Of a DNA stretch of 64,000 nt, positions 1 to 10,141 are shown one piece after another. The number at the start of each line of letters is the position of its first letter. The stretch's first letter is position 1. The translations under genes and the position numbers were made by a program. Source of the DNA: Polyangiaceae bacterium. GTDB lineage: Bacteria > Myxococcota_A > Polyangia > Polyangiales > Polyangiaceae. Under the pieces are notes generated by a model, which saw only the letters and a list, made by a program, of their open reading frames with translations, was not told the origin of the DNA and did no database searches. The stretch is taken from assembly GCA_044376115.1 (NCBI GenBank), contig JBILLK010000015.1:96001-160000 (forward strand), read 5' to 3'.

Positions 1-1559
1 GGGGCTACGCCGCTCAGTGAGCCTGCAAGGCCGCTAATCTGAGCAACTACCACATCCACGTTGCCAGGCGTTTGACTGTACGGTGACCACCCGGTCGTGA
101 GCCAGTTGCTCGTAAACTCAGCGACACCCGAGACCACCCCGTCCCGCTTCCCTAGCAGGCAGATCGGAGTGAGCAAGCTCGGCGGCGCGGAGCTATAAAA
201 AACGTTATTTATTGCCTCGAGCCGTTCCTCGTTGGTTGAGAGTTCAAACACGGCTGGGGTTTGGTAGTCCGTGGCACCGTCATTGTTGACCACCACCGTG
301 TTCTCATAGAAGTGGAGGGTTCCCTTACGATAGTGATCGTAAACATAGCTATCACCGCCGTAATGGATCATTGAGCCTTTTCCCGCGCCATTGCGCACAA
401 TCACGTTGCCGTAGACAAAGCTCTCGTGAAAACTTGGCAGGGCCAACGTCGAACTAGCTGCCTCCTGCGCATCAACCAGATCAATGATGTGCGCGCCATC
501 TTCGATATAGTTATAGCGCATCACAACACCAGCCGACCGCTCCTTGATATTAGAGCCCAGCACTTCACCACCAACGCCTGCGCGCGGCTCGCCGAAGTGG
601 TTGTATTGGTACACAACTCCGCTCGCCTCGTTGTAGACATTATGGTGGTAGTAGTTGGCTATCGCCCCATTTCCGTAGATATAGTTACCCTCCAAGAGCA
701 CGCGCTTGGTAAGCTCTTCATCGCCAGCCGTACCAATAAAGACGCCGTTATCGTTGCTGTGCACCACAGCGCCTCTGAGGGTTACGTCGTCGGCGCGCTG
801 AACGAAGATGCCGGCGGCGACATCGGAGTACGCCTGCTGAGCGCCACTCTTGTCAGTAAACGTGAAGGGCGGCGAGGCGTTGATGACCTCTAGACTCTCA
901 ACAATGATGTGCGCAGGTTGATACTCATAAGGTTTGTCATGCGGGTGCCCCACGATGATAAGCCCTCTTCGTTGGTGTCCATCGTAGGGGAACTGGAGCG
1001 TCGCGCGCGTGGTCGCGTTCTCACCGTCGATGATCGGCAACTGCCCCTGGGGGCCGGCAACTCCGCAGACACGAACGGGTTGCTCGAGCGTCCCCTGGCC
1101 ACCAATCATCAACTTTTCGCGATAGTGTTCGGGCCGCCAGAAGATCCTCATCGTGTCGCCCGCCCCGAGGGACTCCATTGGGACGTCCCCGATGTTCTCA
1201 TAGCTCTTGCCGGGTCCTACTTGGTAGTCAACGCCTGATCCGACATGCGTGCAGTCGTAAGCCGCGTAGCCAGGTCGTCCACCACCTTCATTACCTCCTC
1301 CAGGGCCCCCACCGCCGTCGACACCGGCGCCCGAGCCTCCGGTGGTCGCGGTGGAGCCTCCTTGGGCGGCGCCGCCACCACTTGCAGAGTTACCGCCGTC
1401 GTCCGACCCAGCTCCGATGCCCCCGCCTCCTTGTGCGGCCCCCCCACCTTCTTCTGCGCCTCCAGAGCCCTCGTCGTCCGACGCGCCTACCTGCTTATTG
1501 CAGGCAAAGCCACTAAGAGCCAACACACACGCCACTAAACTATTATCCCGTTGCTTCAT
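1..1559 (-). CDS. Lipoprotein with Gly-rich linker and right-handed beta-helix (pectin-lyase-like) domain; 3' end runs off the window
   Basis: Not in the ORF track because there is no stop in the window. Manual translation from ATG 1559: MKQRDNSLVACVLALSGFAC (lipobox), Gly-rich linker, then YQVGPGKSYENIGDVPMESLGAGDTMRIFWR...LLEGNYIYGNG...HNVYNEASGVVYQYNHFG...NIKERSAGVVMRYNYIEDG; the frame stays open to position 1. Confidence 0.8.
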   Translation of the reverse strand, partial: MKQRDNSLVACVLALSGFACNKQVGASDDEGSGGAEEGGGAAQGGGGIGAGSDDGGNSASGGGAAQGGSTATTGGSGAGVDGGGGPGGGNEGGGRPGYAAYDCTHVGSGVDYQVGPGKSYENIGDVPMESLGAGDTMRIFWRPEHYREKLMIGGQGTLEQPVRVCGVAGPQGQLPIIDGENATTRATLQFPYDGHQRRGLIIVGHPHDKPYEYQPAHIIVESLEVINASPPFTFTDKSGAQQAYSDVAAGIFVQRADDVTLRGAVVHSNDNGVFIGTAGDEELTKRVLLEGNYIYGNGAIANYYHHNVYNEASGVVYQYNHFGEPRAGVGGEVLGSNIKERSAGVVMRYNYIEDGAHIIDLVDAQEAASSTLALPSFHESFVYGNVIVRNGAGKGSMIHYGGDSYVYDHYRKGTLHFYENTVVVNNDGATDYQTPAVFELSTNEERLEAINNVFYSSAPPSLLTPICLLGKRDGVVSGVAEFTSNWLTTGWSPYSQTPGNVDVVVAQISGLAGSLSGVA

Positions 1560-1593
1560 CCGTAGACCTGCCTTTCCTGACTGGCCAGGCCTT

Positions 1594-1609
1594 AGCAAGC
1601 AAAGGGCCG
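1594..1609 (-). promoter_or_regulatory. Candidate sigma54 -24/-12 promoter for the beta-helix lipoprotein gene
   Basis: Minus strand reads CGGCCCTTTGCTTGCT (GG-N10-GC) ~35 nt upstream of the ATG, next to a sigma54 activator gene. Confidence 0.5.
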
Positions 1610-1722
1610 CACGATATTGACCAAATCATTGACAATTATCGTCGAGCACTGTTGCTTTGAGGCATCACACGAGGCCCTGAAGCTACTGCGCAAACAGGCC
1701 ATGGCGACCTACTAGTAGGCCA

Positions 1723-3075
1723 TCACGATGGCATTCGCGGCTTCGTCTGTAGTCCGTAGCGCTGAATCAGGCGATGCAGATGGATACGATCCATACCCGC
1801 TCGGCGAGCTGCTTGACTCACATTGCCGCCAGACCATCCGAGCAGCGCTGTGAGGTAGGAGCGATCGAACACCTCGACAGCCACCTCTTTCGCGTCGCGG
1901 AAAGGCACGTCGAGGTCAACCCCGAGCGGTATGCTTGGCTGGGTTACGCGGCGACTGGTCGCCTTGGCGGGAGTCGCGCTCCTGAGCACAATCGCCCGTT
2001 CTACATAGTTCTTGAGCTCACGCACGTTGCCCGGCCATTGGTGACTCGCCAAGTCGGCGAGAACAGAGGCGGTGAATAGTGCCGCAGCACCTTTGGCGCC
2101 GCTGCTCGCAACAAAGGTCTCGACCAAGTCTGGGATGTCGTCGAGATGTTCACGTAGCGGCGGCACCTCCACCGTCACGACTGACAATCGAAAGAACAGG
2201 TCCTCGCGAAACCGCCTATGGTTGACCTCCACCTCGAGCGAACGATTTGTTGCGGCGATTACTCGCACATCAACGTGGCGCAGCTTGGTTTCACCGACGC
2301 GGCGAATCATGCGCGACTCAAGCGCTCGCAGGAGCTTGGGCTGCAGGTCGAGCGGCAATTCGCCAATTTCGTCGAAGAAGATTGTACCGCCATTGGCTGC
2401 CTCGAACGCTCCGACCCGTTCGCTGTCAGCGCCAGTGAAAGCGCCGCGCGCGTGACCGAAGAGCTCACTCTCTACGACCCCGGGAGCCAGCGCGCCACCG
2501 TCGACGACTACGAGCTTTCCTTCGCGACGGAGCCCCCTTTGATAGAGCTCCGTGGCAACGAGCTCCTTGCCGGTTCCGCTCTCCCCCTGGATGAGCACGG
2601 TAGCATCGCTGTCAGCGATCTTCTCCAAGACCTCAAACAGTCTACGCATCACCAACGAGCGTCCACGCATCTGTCCAAAATGGCTTCTCGCTGGAGGCTC
2701 CGTTTGCTCCTGGGCGCCGACGACGCTCACGCGCACCGCAGAGTTACCTAACCGCAGACGGCATGACGGCAGAGGGACGTGCGCCTCTCGCACTCGCACC
2801 CCGTTAACGCCAGTACCGTTGCGCGATCCTAAGTCCTCAATCTCCCACGCGTGCTGAACGACTCGCAACCGGCAGTGAAACTGCGACACCAAGGGGTCTT
2901 CCAGCACCAGGTCATTGGACCGATGAGCGCCTATGCGAAATACATCACTAGAGGTAAACGATTGCGACGGCACCTCGTTACCGTCCATTGTCTCCACTAG
3001 AAGCTCGAGGCACGGGACGCTCGTTACTTCCGCAACGTCAGGCCGTGTAGCAAGCGGTGGTCTTTGGGTAGGCAT
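1723..3075 (-). CDS. FHA-domain sigma54-dependent enhancer-binding protein (FHA-AAA+-HTH)
   Basis: FHA motif ([22 protein letters not shown]...DLGSRNGT), Walker [15 protein letters not shown] loop, WPGNVREL, C-terminal HTH. Start estimated at MPTQRPP (3075); the longer track ORF overlaps the divergent gene. Confidence 0.9.
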   Translation of the reverse strand: MPTQRPPLATRPDVAEVTSVPCLELLVETMDGNEVPSQSFTSSDVFRIGAHRSNDLVLEDPLVSQFHCRLRVVQHAWEIEDLGSRNGTGVNGVRVREAHVPLPSCRLRLGNSAVRVSVVGAQEQTEPPARSHFGQMRGRSLVMRRLFEVLEKIADSDATVLIQGESGTGKELVATELYQRGLRREGKLVVVDGGALAPGVVESELFGHARGAFTGADSERVGAFEAANGGTIFFDEIGELPLDLQPKLLRALESRMIRRVGETKLRHVDVRVIAATNRSLEVEVNHRRFREDLFFRLSVVTVEVPPLREHLDDIPDLVETFVASSGAKGAAALFTASVLADLASHQWPGNVRELKNYVERAIVLRSATPAKATSRRVTQPSIPLGVDLDVPFRDAKEVAVEVFDRSYLTALLGWSGGNVSQAARRAGMDRIHLHRLIQRYGLQTKPRMPS

Positions 3076-3280
3076 GGCTTTGATGTCTCGAGAGACGCTG
3101 TCCACAATGACGGTGAGTACTCGATAAGCAACCCCTCTTGCGGCGGTTGCTGCGCCTGAGCGCGGGCGTCTCAGTGTCGCTTTGTGCCCCCATTCTGGGG
3201 TCGAGCGGCGTGCCGTACTTTCACGGAGCACAAACGCCCAATTGCCAAGATTGACGGCTGGTTTCGACAGAGAGAGCGGA

Positions 3281-3296
3281 CGGCCCGAGCCTTGCT
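3281..3296 (+). promoter_or_regulatory. Candidate sigma54 promoter of the NHL lipoprotein gene (near-leaderless)
   Basis: CGGCCCGAGCCTTGCT = GG-N10-GC; 12 nt between GC and ATG 3308; divergent from the FHA activator. Confidence 0.6.
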
Positions 3297-3307
3297 GACC
3301 GTAGGCC

Positions 3308-4540
3308 ATGAAGAGTGCACTCGGTTTCTCGATAATCGTCTCAATCGGCGTTGCTTGTAGCAACTCAGCAGAGAGTTCGCTTGGGGGTGGCGGGGTTGGA
3401 GGGAGTGGAGGGGGTGGCGGGGTTGGTGCCACCAACACCGAGAGCGGTGGTGGTGGTTTGGGCTCGACTGGAGGCACCGATAGCGGCGGCTCGAGCGGAA
3501 GCGGCGCTTCCGGCTTCGGCGGTGAAGACTGCAACGGGGATCCAATGGCGGGCCCCGACGCTCCTGACGTCGTCATTGCCCTCTCAGGGGTCAGCGTTAC
3601 AACACTCGCCGGCTCCGAAGTGGCAGGAACGCAGGACGGCGCAGGCGCCGCAGCTCACTTCAACAATCCTACGAGCGTACTACGCAACGCAAACGGCAGT
3701 CTTGTCGTGTCCGACTTTGACAACGGGAGGATTCGCTCGGTGACGGCCGGAGGAATGGTGCAAACTCTTACCCAAGCAACGGGCTTCGCGAGGCCGTTTG
3801 CGCTCGCCCTCGGGCCATCAGCGGAGCTCTACGTCGGCACCGACTACGACGAGACAGGAGTCAACGCCGGAGTTGCTGGCGGCGTGTTGTGGCGACTAAA
3901 CGGCGGACAAGAGCCTCCCACTGCGCTTGCGCTCCAAGCTGGGAGACCTCGCGGCATCGTGGCGATCGGCGATTCCGGTTTGGCAGTTACTGATATTGAG
4001 GGGCAGGATCTTCGCTACTTTCATATTGAGAGTCAAACCTTCAGCACCTTCGCAGGCAAACGCGGTTGCCCCGGGTTTGCAGATGGCCCGTCGGAGGAAG
4101 CTAGGTTCAATCGACCGTACGGCCTCGTGAAGCTCCCCAATGGCGATCTGATCATCGCCGACCAACGCAACCATCGACTTCGTCGCGTCAGCAGCGAGGG
4201 CGAGGTGACGACCTTTGCAGGCGATGGGGCAGCCGGGCTGATCGATGGCCCAGTGGCGGAGTCACGCTTCAACCTTCCACAGGCCTTGGCGCTCGACGCA
4301 GACGGTAACCTCTATGTTTCGGACGTTGGGAATCATCGCATTCGCCGGATCAGTGCCCAAGGCATCGTCGAGACGGTAGCGGGCGACGGAGAGGTTGGCT
4401 TCAAGAACGGCGACGGCAAAAGCGCCAGATTCTCGGGCCAAGAGGGCATCGCGGTAAGTGAAGGCGTACTCTACCTGGCCGATGGAACCAGCGGCGAGGT
4501 GGCTCCGTTCCACCGCGTTCGCAAGATCACTCTTCCTTAG
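3308..4540 (+). CDS. NHL-repeat beta-propeller lipoprotein
   Basis: Signal/lipobox IGVAC, Gly-rich linker, repeated FNxPxGL/AL...ADxxNHRIRR NHL repeats. Confidence 0.85.
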   Translation: MKSALGFSIIVSIGVACSNSAESSLGGGGVGGSGGGGGVGATNTESGGGGLGSTGGTDSGGSSGSGASGFGGEDCNGDPMAGPDAPDVVIALSGVSVTTLAGSEVAGTQDGAGAAAHFNNPTSVLRNANGSLVVSDFDNGRIRSVTAGGMVQTLTQATGFARPFALALGPSAELYVGTDYDETGVNAGVAGGVLWRLNGGQEPPTALALQAGRPRGIVAIGDSGLAVTDIEGQDLRYFHIESQTFSTFAGKRGCPGFADGPSEEARFNRPYGLVKLPNGDLIIADQRNHRLRRVSSEGEVTTFAGDGAAGLIDGPVAESRFNLPQALALDADGNLYVSDVGNHRIRRISAQGIVETVAGDGEVGFKNGDGKSARFSGQEGIAVSEGVLYLADGTSGEVAPFHRVRKITLP

Positions 4541-4565
4541 CTGCAAGGGGCGAGACCATGAAGGG

Positions 4566-5927
4566 ATGTGCGCTTTGATCCGCCCAACGGCCAACCTCGA
4601 CGTGCACGCTGATACGAGCGTGCCTGTCGGCGGCGCGTCGGACCGGGCTACCCCCACGCTCCCGACCGACCGCTCTCAGCGAGCGAGTCAGTGGTCGCCA
4701 CAGCTCGGTAGGGGACAGCTGATTGACGAGAAATTCAGGCTCAGACGCTTGCTTGGTCGCGGGGGCATGGCGCTCGTCATGCTGGCGCAGGACGTCTCCC
4801 TCGACCGCGAGGTTGCGATCAAATTTCTCGGCACCAACTTGGTATCTGACCCAAGTTGGCGAGCTCGTTTCGTCGTTGAGGCCCGCAACATGGCGCGGGT
4901 GCGGCACGAGAACGTGGCTCAGATATTCTCCTACGGCATCCATGAGGGTTGGCCGTTTTTTGTTATGGAGTTCGTCGATGGGACAACGCTCGCGGACTGG
5001 ATTCGGAGGCATCCGAATCCTCCCGTTGCTGACGTGGCTGCACTCGTGCGCGCGATGGCAGCGGGCCTTTGCGCGATCCACGACGCAGGGCTCGTTCACC
5101 ACGACGTAAAGCCCGCCAACGTCCTTATCGATCCTCACGGCCGAGTCGTGGTAACCGACTTGGGGCTTTCACGCGTGGTCACCGGCTTTAGGGCTTTCGG
5201 CAATGCCGCAGGCACACCCCGCTATATGGCGCCGGAGCAAGTCTCCCAAAGGCCGGTATTGCCTAGTCTCGCCGCCAGGACGGACGTCTACCAACTAGGC
5301 ATTACGACCTTTGAGCTGCTCGTAGGCCAGGTGCCTTTCGACGCCAAGACGCCGCAGCAGTTGTTTGACTGTCACCGTCATTCGCCGGTTCCTCGTCCAA
5401 GTAGTTTGCGGCGAGACTTGAGCAAAGCGGTCGACCGCGTGCTTCTACGTGCTTTGGAGAAGGAGCCGGAGAATCGCTATGCTTCGGCGCTGGACTTCGC
5501 TCAAGAGCTCGATCGCGCAATTGCGCCAGCAGCGCGCCCCACCAAGAAGCCGTCACGTGGGCTTCGGGTGCTCGTCGCGGAGGACGACGACGACCAGCGC
5601 ATGCTCACCTGTGCGGTACTTTCGGTGGGGCTCGGCCCAGGCAGCCGGATTCAGCAAGTAAGAAGCGGCAAAGATACGCTCTCCGCGGCCGCGCAGCATC
5701 GGTTCGACGTATTTGTGCTGGACCTTCAAATGCCCGACATGACGGGCATACAGCTCGCCTCGGCGCTGCGCAGTACGCATGGCCAATCCGCACATATCGT
5801 CGTAGTGAGCGGGGATGGCGGAGCCAAAGACTGGCGCAGCCTCCACGACCTCGGAGTCGACGCCATGCTGCTCAAGCCGGTCGCTGCGCAACAGCTCATT
5901 TCGGCGATTGAGAGCGCGACTCGCTGA
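4566..5927 (+). CDS. Hanks Ser/Thr kinase fused to a C-terminal receiver domain
   Basis: LGRGGM, VAIK, HHDVKPAN, DLG, GTPRYMAPEQ; C-terminal REC (VLVAEDD...LDLQMPDMTG...LLKP). Start approximate. Confidence 0.85.
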   Translation: MCALIRPTANLDVHADTSVPVGGASDRATPTLPTDRSQRASQWSPQLGRGQLIDEKFRLRRLLGRGGMALVMLAQDVSLDREVAIKFLGTNLVSDPSWRARFVVEARNMARVRHENVAQIFSYGIHEGWPFFVMEFVDGTTLADWIRRHPNPPVADVAALVRAMAAGLCAIHDAGLVHHDVKPANVLIDPHGRVVVTDLGLSRVVTGFRAFGNAAGTPRYMAPEQVSQRPVLPSLAARTDVYQLGITTFELLVGQVPFDAKTPQQLFDCHRHSPVPRPSSLRRDLSKAVDRVLLRALEKEPENRYASALDFAQELDRAIAPAARPTKKPSRGLRVLVAEDDDDQRMLTCAVLSVGLGPGSRIQQVRSGKDTLSAAAQHRFDVFVLDLQMPDMTGIQLASALRSTHGQSAHIVVVSGDGGAKDWRSLHDLGVDAMLLKPVAAQQLISAIESATR

Positions 5928-5963
5928 GCGAGCGGTCGCGGCTCTCGTTTCTGCGCGGCGCCT

Positions 5964-7073
5964 CTACAACTTGGAGGAGACCTCGCCGAGCGGCTCGGAA
6001 TGCGAGGCAAATAGGGGTTGGTAGATAACAGCACAACCTCCCATTGCAGTGAGCGCCAACACCGAGATAGCAACGGAGAGGTCGACCATTCGGGAACGAG
6101 CCAACAGTCGCGAGCGTGCCGTAACCGTCGTAGCACCAACATCCGCGGCCGCTCGTGAAGCCGTCAGCTGAGGCTCTTGGCCAGATGCGGCACGCTCCAA
6201 CGATAGCAACATAGCGTCCGCCGAAGCGAACCGCTCGCTCAGGCGCGGAGCGAAGGCGCGCCTGAACCAACCATCCAAACGCCCATCAAGGTTGCTCACG
6301 AGCGCGCTTGGCAAAGCAAAGTCCTCGCGTGCAATTGCACACGTGACAGCCACTACGCCGTGCCCCTCGAACGGCAAGGCCCCGGTTAGGCAGATATACG
6401 CCACCACGGCGAGCGCCCAAAGATCGGCCTGCCGTCCCGCATCGAGCCCACCGAGCTGCTCGGGACACATGTATTGCGGCGTGCCAACGAACTCCCCGTG
6501 GGGTACCGGGCACACCTCACCGCCGTCACACCGAGCGATACCGAAGTCGATGATCTTTACGAACGGGTCAGCCTCCGTATCGAGCATGAACAGGTTGTCC
6601 GGCTTGATGTCTTGGTGAATGACGCCGGCTTCATGCGCCCGGACCAAGACTCTACCAATCTGGGCCACGATCTGAACGGTTTCCTCGAGCGGAAGCCGCC
6701 CACGGCGCGACAAGAAGGTCTCGAGCGTCTCCCCGTCCAGATGCTCCATAACGATGTAAGGCAGCCCGTCAAAGGAGTCCTGGTAGAGCACCTGCACGAC
6801 GTGAGCGCTGCGTACTCGGGCTGTCGCGCGCACCTCCCGACGCAGTCGCGCAGCTGCAGCTGCGGGGGATTGCGAGCTGTGCAGGAACTTAACGACCACG
6901 AGCGTCCCGAGCTCGAGATGGTCAGCGACCCAAAGACATCCCATGCCGCCATGCGCGAGTGGTCGAATCAACCGAAGGTGAGGCGACACCATCACCCCCG
7001 GTACAAGGGAATCTGAAAGCGGCGTCCCTGAAACTTCACGAATCGACTCCTCGAACCCAAGTGTTTGCGACAT
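5964..7073 (-). CDS. Hanks Ser/Thr kinase with C-terminal membrane segment
   Basis: LAHGGMG, VVVK, HQDIKPDN, DFG, GTPQYMCPEQ, DLWALAV; hydrophobic C-terminus. Start 7073 or 7148. Confidence 0.85.
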   Translation of the reverse strand: MSQTLGFEESIREVSGTPLSDSLVPGVMVSPHLRLIRPLAHGGMGCLWVADHLELGTLVVVKFLHSSQSPAAAAARLRREVRATARVRSAHVVQVLYQDSFDGLPYIVMEHLDGETLETFLSRRGRLPLEETVQIVAQIGRVLVRAHEAGVIHQDIKPDNLFMLDTEADPFVKIIDFGIARCDGGEVCPVPHGEFVGTPQYMCPEQLGGLDAGRQADLWALAVVAYICLTGALPFEGHGVVAVTCAIAREDFALPSALVSNLDGRLDGWFRRAFAPRLSERFASADAMLLSLERAASGQEPQLTASRAAADVGATTVTARSRLLARSRMVDLSVAISVLALTAMGGCAVIYQPLFASHSEPLGEVSSKL

Positions 7074-7271
7074 GTGGGTAAAGGAGCACACAATGTGCCG
7101 CGCGCGCTTCTGCGATCCCGAGCGTGGGTTCAGCAGCGATGCCCTCATAAGCGGCGCCTGCCGTGGGGTAGCTCACTGGGTGGGACGTTTCCGCCACAGC
7201 CTGATGAGCCAATGAGGCGAGTGGCGACTAAGCACCATTCGCCTATCGTGCCTCGTTGTGCTCGTTGCAGA

Positions 7272-7775
7272 TTAAAGTCTGCGGACTGAGCGAATGACAA
7301 TCGGCGTCAGCGGGGCGTCCTTGGCAAAAGGACCGCCTTCACCCGTCGGTACGACCTTCATCTGCTCGACGACTTCCATTCCGCTCGTCACCTTGCCAAA
7401 CACCGCATAACCCCACTCGGCGCCCTGCTTCGAGCGATGGTTGAGGAAGGTATTGTCAGAGACGTTGACGAAGAACTGCGCGGTGGCAGAGTGCGGATCA
7501 CCGGTGCGAGCCATTGCCACGGTGCCGAGCGTATTGAGCAGGCCGTTGTCTGCCTCGTTCTGAATCGGCGCGAGGGTAGGCTTCTTCTCGTAGCGCTGAT
7601 CAAAGCCTCCACCTTGCACCATGAAACCGTTGATAACGCGGTGAAAAATCGTGCCGTCGTAGTGTTGCGCATCCACGTACGCGAGAAAGTTAGCAACTGT
7701 CTTGGGCGCCTTCGCTGCGTCCAGCGCAATCGTGAACGCTCCCATGCTCGTATCAACCTGAACCAAGGTTTCCAT
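7272..7775 (-). CDS. ppiB: Cyclophilin-type peptidyl-prolyl cis-trans isomerase
   Basis: APKTVANFL, FHRVINGFMVQGGG, GTVAMART, SATAQFFVN, GYAVFGKV. Confidence 0.92.
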   Translation of the reverse strand: METLVQVDTSMGAFTIALDAAKAPKTVANFLAYVDAQHYDGTIFHRVINGFMVQGGGFDQRYEKKPTLAPIQNEADNGLLNTLGTVAMARTGDPHSATAQFFVNVSDNTFLNHRSKQGAEWGYAVFGKVTSGMEVVEQMKVVPTGEGGPFAKDAPLTPIVIRSVRRL

Positions 7776-7829
7776 GCGGCGCAGTCTACAGCGTCGGCTT
7801 TGTGATGCCGTGCACTATCGACGAGTCTT

Positions 7830-8306
7830 TCAAAGCAGCCGCCACAACAAGGCCGCCACAACTAGGGCAAGTGCGACAAAGACAGGCCAGTGCGGCAGGC
7901 GCCTTGACTCATCCGTGGCCGGGCTCGCGGGGAGCAAATTGGCTTGAAGCACCTTCACGCTCGCCGACGCAGTTTCAGCGAGTTCCACGTGCAGAAACAG
8001 CAGAGCCACTTCCGAGCTAGGGCCAAACGGCGCAGGGATGCGGATCCGCACCGACTGCTGCAGCGGGTTTGGCAGTTGCACGGAGAACACCCGCAATTCC
8101 GCCTCATCGGCGAGGCGAAACGCGCCCCTCCGGGCACAAGCATCACAGCCGCCGCCATCACAAGGAACGCAGCGAAGTGACCGGGCCGCTGTGATCTCGC
8201 AATGCTCACCTGCGTAGTCGCTCGAAACCGTGATTGAGAACTGAGCGTGCCCCCCGGGCAGCTCGGCCACGGCATCCTTGTCGAAGACGCGAGCTAGCTC
8301 AACCAT
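7830..8306 (-). CDS. Hypothetical membrane-anchored protein with DnaJ-like CxxCxGxG/CxxC zinc-finger motif
   Basis: RCVPCDGGGCDAC motif, C-terminal hydrophobic helix; co-oriented between the yqgE-like gene and the PPIase. Confidence 0.55.
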   Translation of the reverse strand: MVELARVFDKDAVAELPGGHAQFSITVSSDYAGEHCEITAARSLRCVPCDGGGCDACARRGAFRLADEAELRVFSVQLPNPLQQSVRIRIPAPFGPSSEVALLFLHVELAETASASVKVLQANLLPASPATDESRRLPHWPVFVALALVVAALLWRLL

Positions 8307-8319
8307 CGAAGTGCGGGGC

Positions 8320-8916
8320 TCAAGCGTCCCCGATGATCCTCATTCCAATGCCCATCGCGGGCGACACGCCGATCAGCGCGTGTGCGCTCTCCCACTTTCG
8401 CTCATTGGAAACGTCAAACAACACCGTCTCGTCGAAGGGCGTCGGCAACCACGAGCCGCCAGCAATTTCGCCCTCGAGCTGGCCAGGCCCCCACCCCGAA
8501 TACCCAAGAAAAACCATTCGGCGACCAAGCCCGTGCGCCGCAACGCCGGGCTCCGGTGCTTCAAGATCACGGGCGAGATCATCGAAGGCACCGCGCGACG
8601 AGCTGATCCAAAGTCGACTGGAGACCGCCAAGGCGCCTTCTGGCCGTTCTTCACTGTCAGAGCGAGGGCCAAGCACCCACCCCGAGCCGGGCTCGACTGG
8701 CCCGCCAACAAAGACCTGACCGGGAGCCTGGCCTGCTCGCGGCCCATAACCAGCGAAACCGAGCACGTCACCGAGCGATAACGGCGCCAAGCGGTTCACG
8801 ACAAAGCCAAGGGCGCCCTGACTGCCGTGAAGTACGAGCAACACGACCGTGCGCTCGAAGTTTGGGTCGCCAAGAGGCGGAGAGGCGATCAGGAAGCCCG
8901 GTGCCAGCGCGACCAT
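8320..8916 (-). CDS. YqgE/AlgH (UPF0301) family protein
   Basis: LIASPPLGDPNFERTVVLL, GGPV, FLGYSGWGPGQLEGEI...SW. Confidence 0.92.
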   Translation of the reverse strand: MVALAPGFLIASPPLGDPNFERTVVLLVLHGSQGALGFVVNRLAPLSLGDVLGFAGYGPRAGQAPGQVFVGGPVEPGSGWVLGPRSDSEERPEGALAVSSRLWISSSRGAFDDLARDLEAPEPGVAAHGLGRRMVFLGYSGWGPGQLEGEIAGGSWLPTPFDETVLFDVSNERKWESAHALIGVSPAMGIGMRIIGDA

Positions 8917-8982
8917 GGGCTGATGCTAACGATTCTTCGCCCGCTTTGCGAGTGCGCCCGCTACCCTCCGAGCCCTACGTCA

Positions 8983-10107
8983 ATGAGCCGAAAGATCCCG
9001 CTAATTTCCGCGTCTCTGCTCGCTTACACCTACGTCGGCTATCCGCTGACCATCGGTCTTCTCGCTCGGCTCCGCCCCATGAAGACCAATAGCGATGAGA
9101 GCTACACGCCATTCGTCTCCGTGCTGATCCCGGCCTTCAACGTCGCGAGCTACCTCGAGGCCAAGCTCGATAGCGTGCTCGGCCTGGATTACCCAGCTGA
9201 CAAGCTGGAGGTGCTCGTACTTTCGGACGCCTCCACCGACGAGACCGACGCGATCTTGCAACGCCGAGCGGCGGCCGACCCGCGCATCCGCTACCTGCGC
9301 AGCGACGAGCGCTCGGGGAAGCCCAGCGGGGTGAATCGCATGAAGAGCGAAGCGCGCGGAGAGGTCCTGCTGATGACGGACTCGCGCCAGCCGCTAGCGA
9401 AGGGCGCGTTGCGAGCGTTGGTTCGGCATCTAGCGGATCCCGAGGTGGGCGCAGTTTCGGGGAATTTGGTGTTGGAGGGGGATGCTGGCTCAGGCGTTTA
9501 TTGGCGCTATGAGAATTGGATCCGCGAGCAAGAGGGCAGTTTCCGCAGCATGATCGGGGTAACTGGGCCTGTGTATGCCTTGCGCAAGGAGAACCTTCCG
9601 GAGCTTCCAACGGACATCATCCTCGACGACGTGTTTGCGCCGATGAGCCTGCGACTACGCGGTAAAAAGGTGCTGTTCGAGAAGGACGCTGTCGCTACCG
9701 ATCTGGCCTTTGACGATGACCGCGAGTTTGGTCGGAAGGTGAGAACGCTCGCTGGCAACTACCAAGTATTTGCACGCATGCCGGCGCTCCTCATTCCAGG
9801 GCTCAATCCGTCCTTCTTCGAGACCTTCTCGCACAAGATCCTTCGCCTCGCTGGGCCGTGGATGCTAGGCGCCTTTGCTGCATCGACAGTCGCCCAAGCC
9901 GTGGCCCCCGATGAAGACGAGAGTGAATGGTGGACTACCGCGATGAGAGCGGTTGCGCTGGGGCAGGTCGCCTTCTACGGCCTTGCCGCTGTCGGTCCAC
10001 GCGCTGGTAAAGCGGCCGGAGCAGCGAGGACCTTCGTAGTGATGAATGGCGCCGCGCTGCTAGGGCTATGGCGGTTCGTGCGCAACGCCCAACGCGTTAC
10101 CTGGTGA
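8983..10107 (+). CDS. GT2 family glycosyltransferase (membrane, cellulose/PNAG-synthase-like)
   Basis: YTYVGYP N-terminal TM, VSVLIPAFN, SDASTDET, YWRYE, DD motif, SHKILRL, C-terminal TMs. Confidence 0.88.
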   Translation: MSRKIPLISASLLAYTYVGYPLTIGLLARLRPMKTNSDESYTPFVSVLIPAFNVASYLEAKLDSVLGLDYPADKLEVLVLSDASTDETDAILQRRAAADPRIRYLRSDERSGKPSGVNRMKSEARGEVLLMTDSRQPLAKGALRALVRHLADPEVGAVSGNLVLEGDAGSGVYWRYENWIREQEGSFRSMIGVTGPVYALRKENLPELPTDIILDDVFAPMSLRLRGKKVLFEKDAVATDLAFDDDREFGRKVRTLAGNYQVFARMPALLIPGLNPSFFETFSHKILRLAGPWMLGAFAASTVAQAVAPDEDESEWWTTAMRAVALGQVAFYGLAAVGPRAGKAAGAARTFVVMNGAALLGLWRFVRNAQRVTW

Positions 10108-10141
10108 AAGGTCGCCGACGCAAGGCAGAGAAGCCGCGGCT

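Noticed and set aside
426..1620. Several short ORFs, and a suspected frameshift at the C-run 1439-1445
   Set aside because: A single minus-strand frame from ATG 1559 reads through to the window edge; the listed ORFs are shadows.
3076..3576. Pro-rich N-terminal extension of the FHA activator in the ORF track
   Set aside because: It is largely the antisense of the Gly-rich linker of the divergent NHL lipoprotein and spans its promoter.
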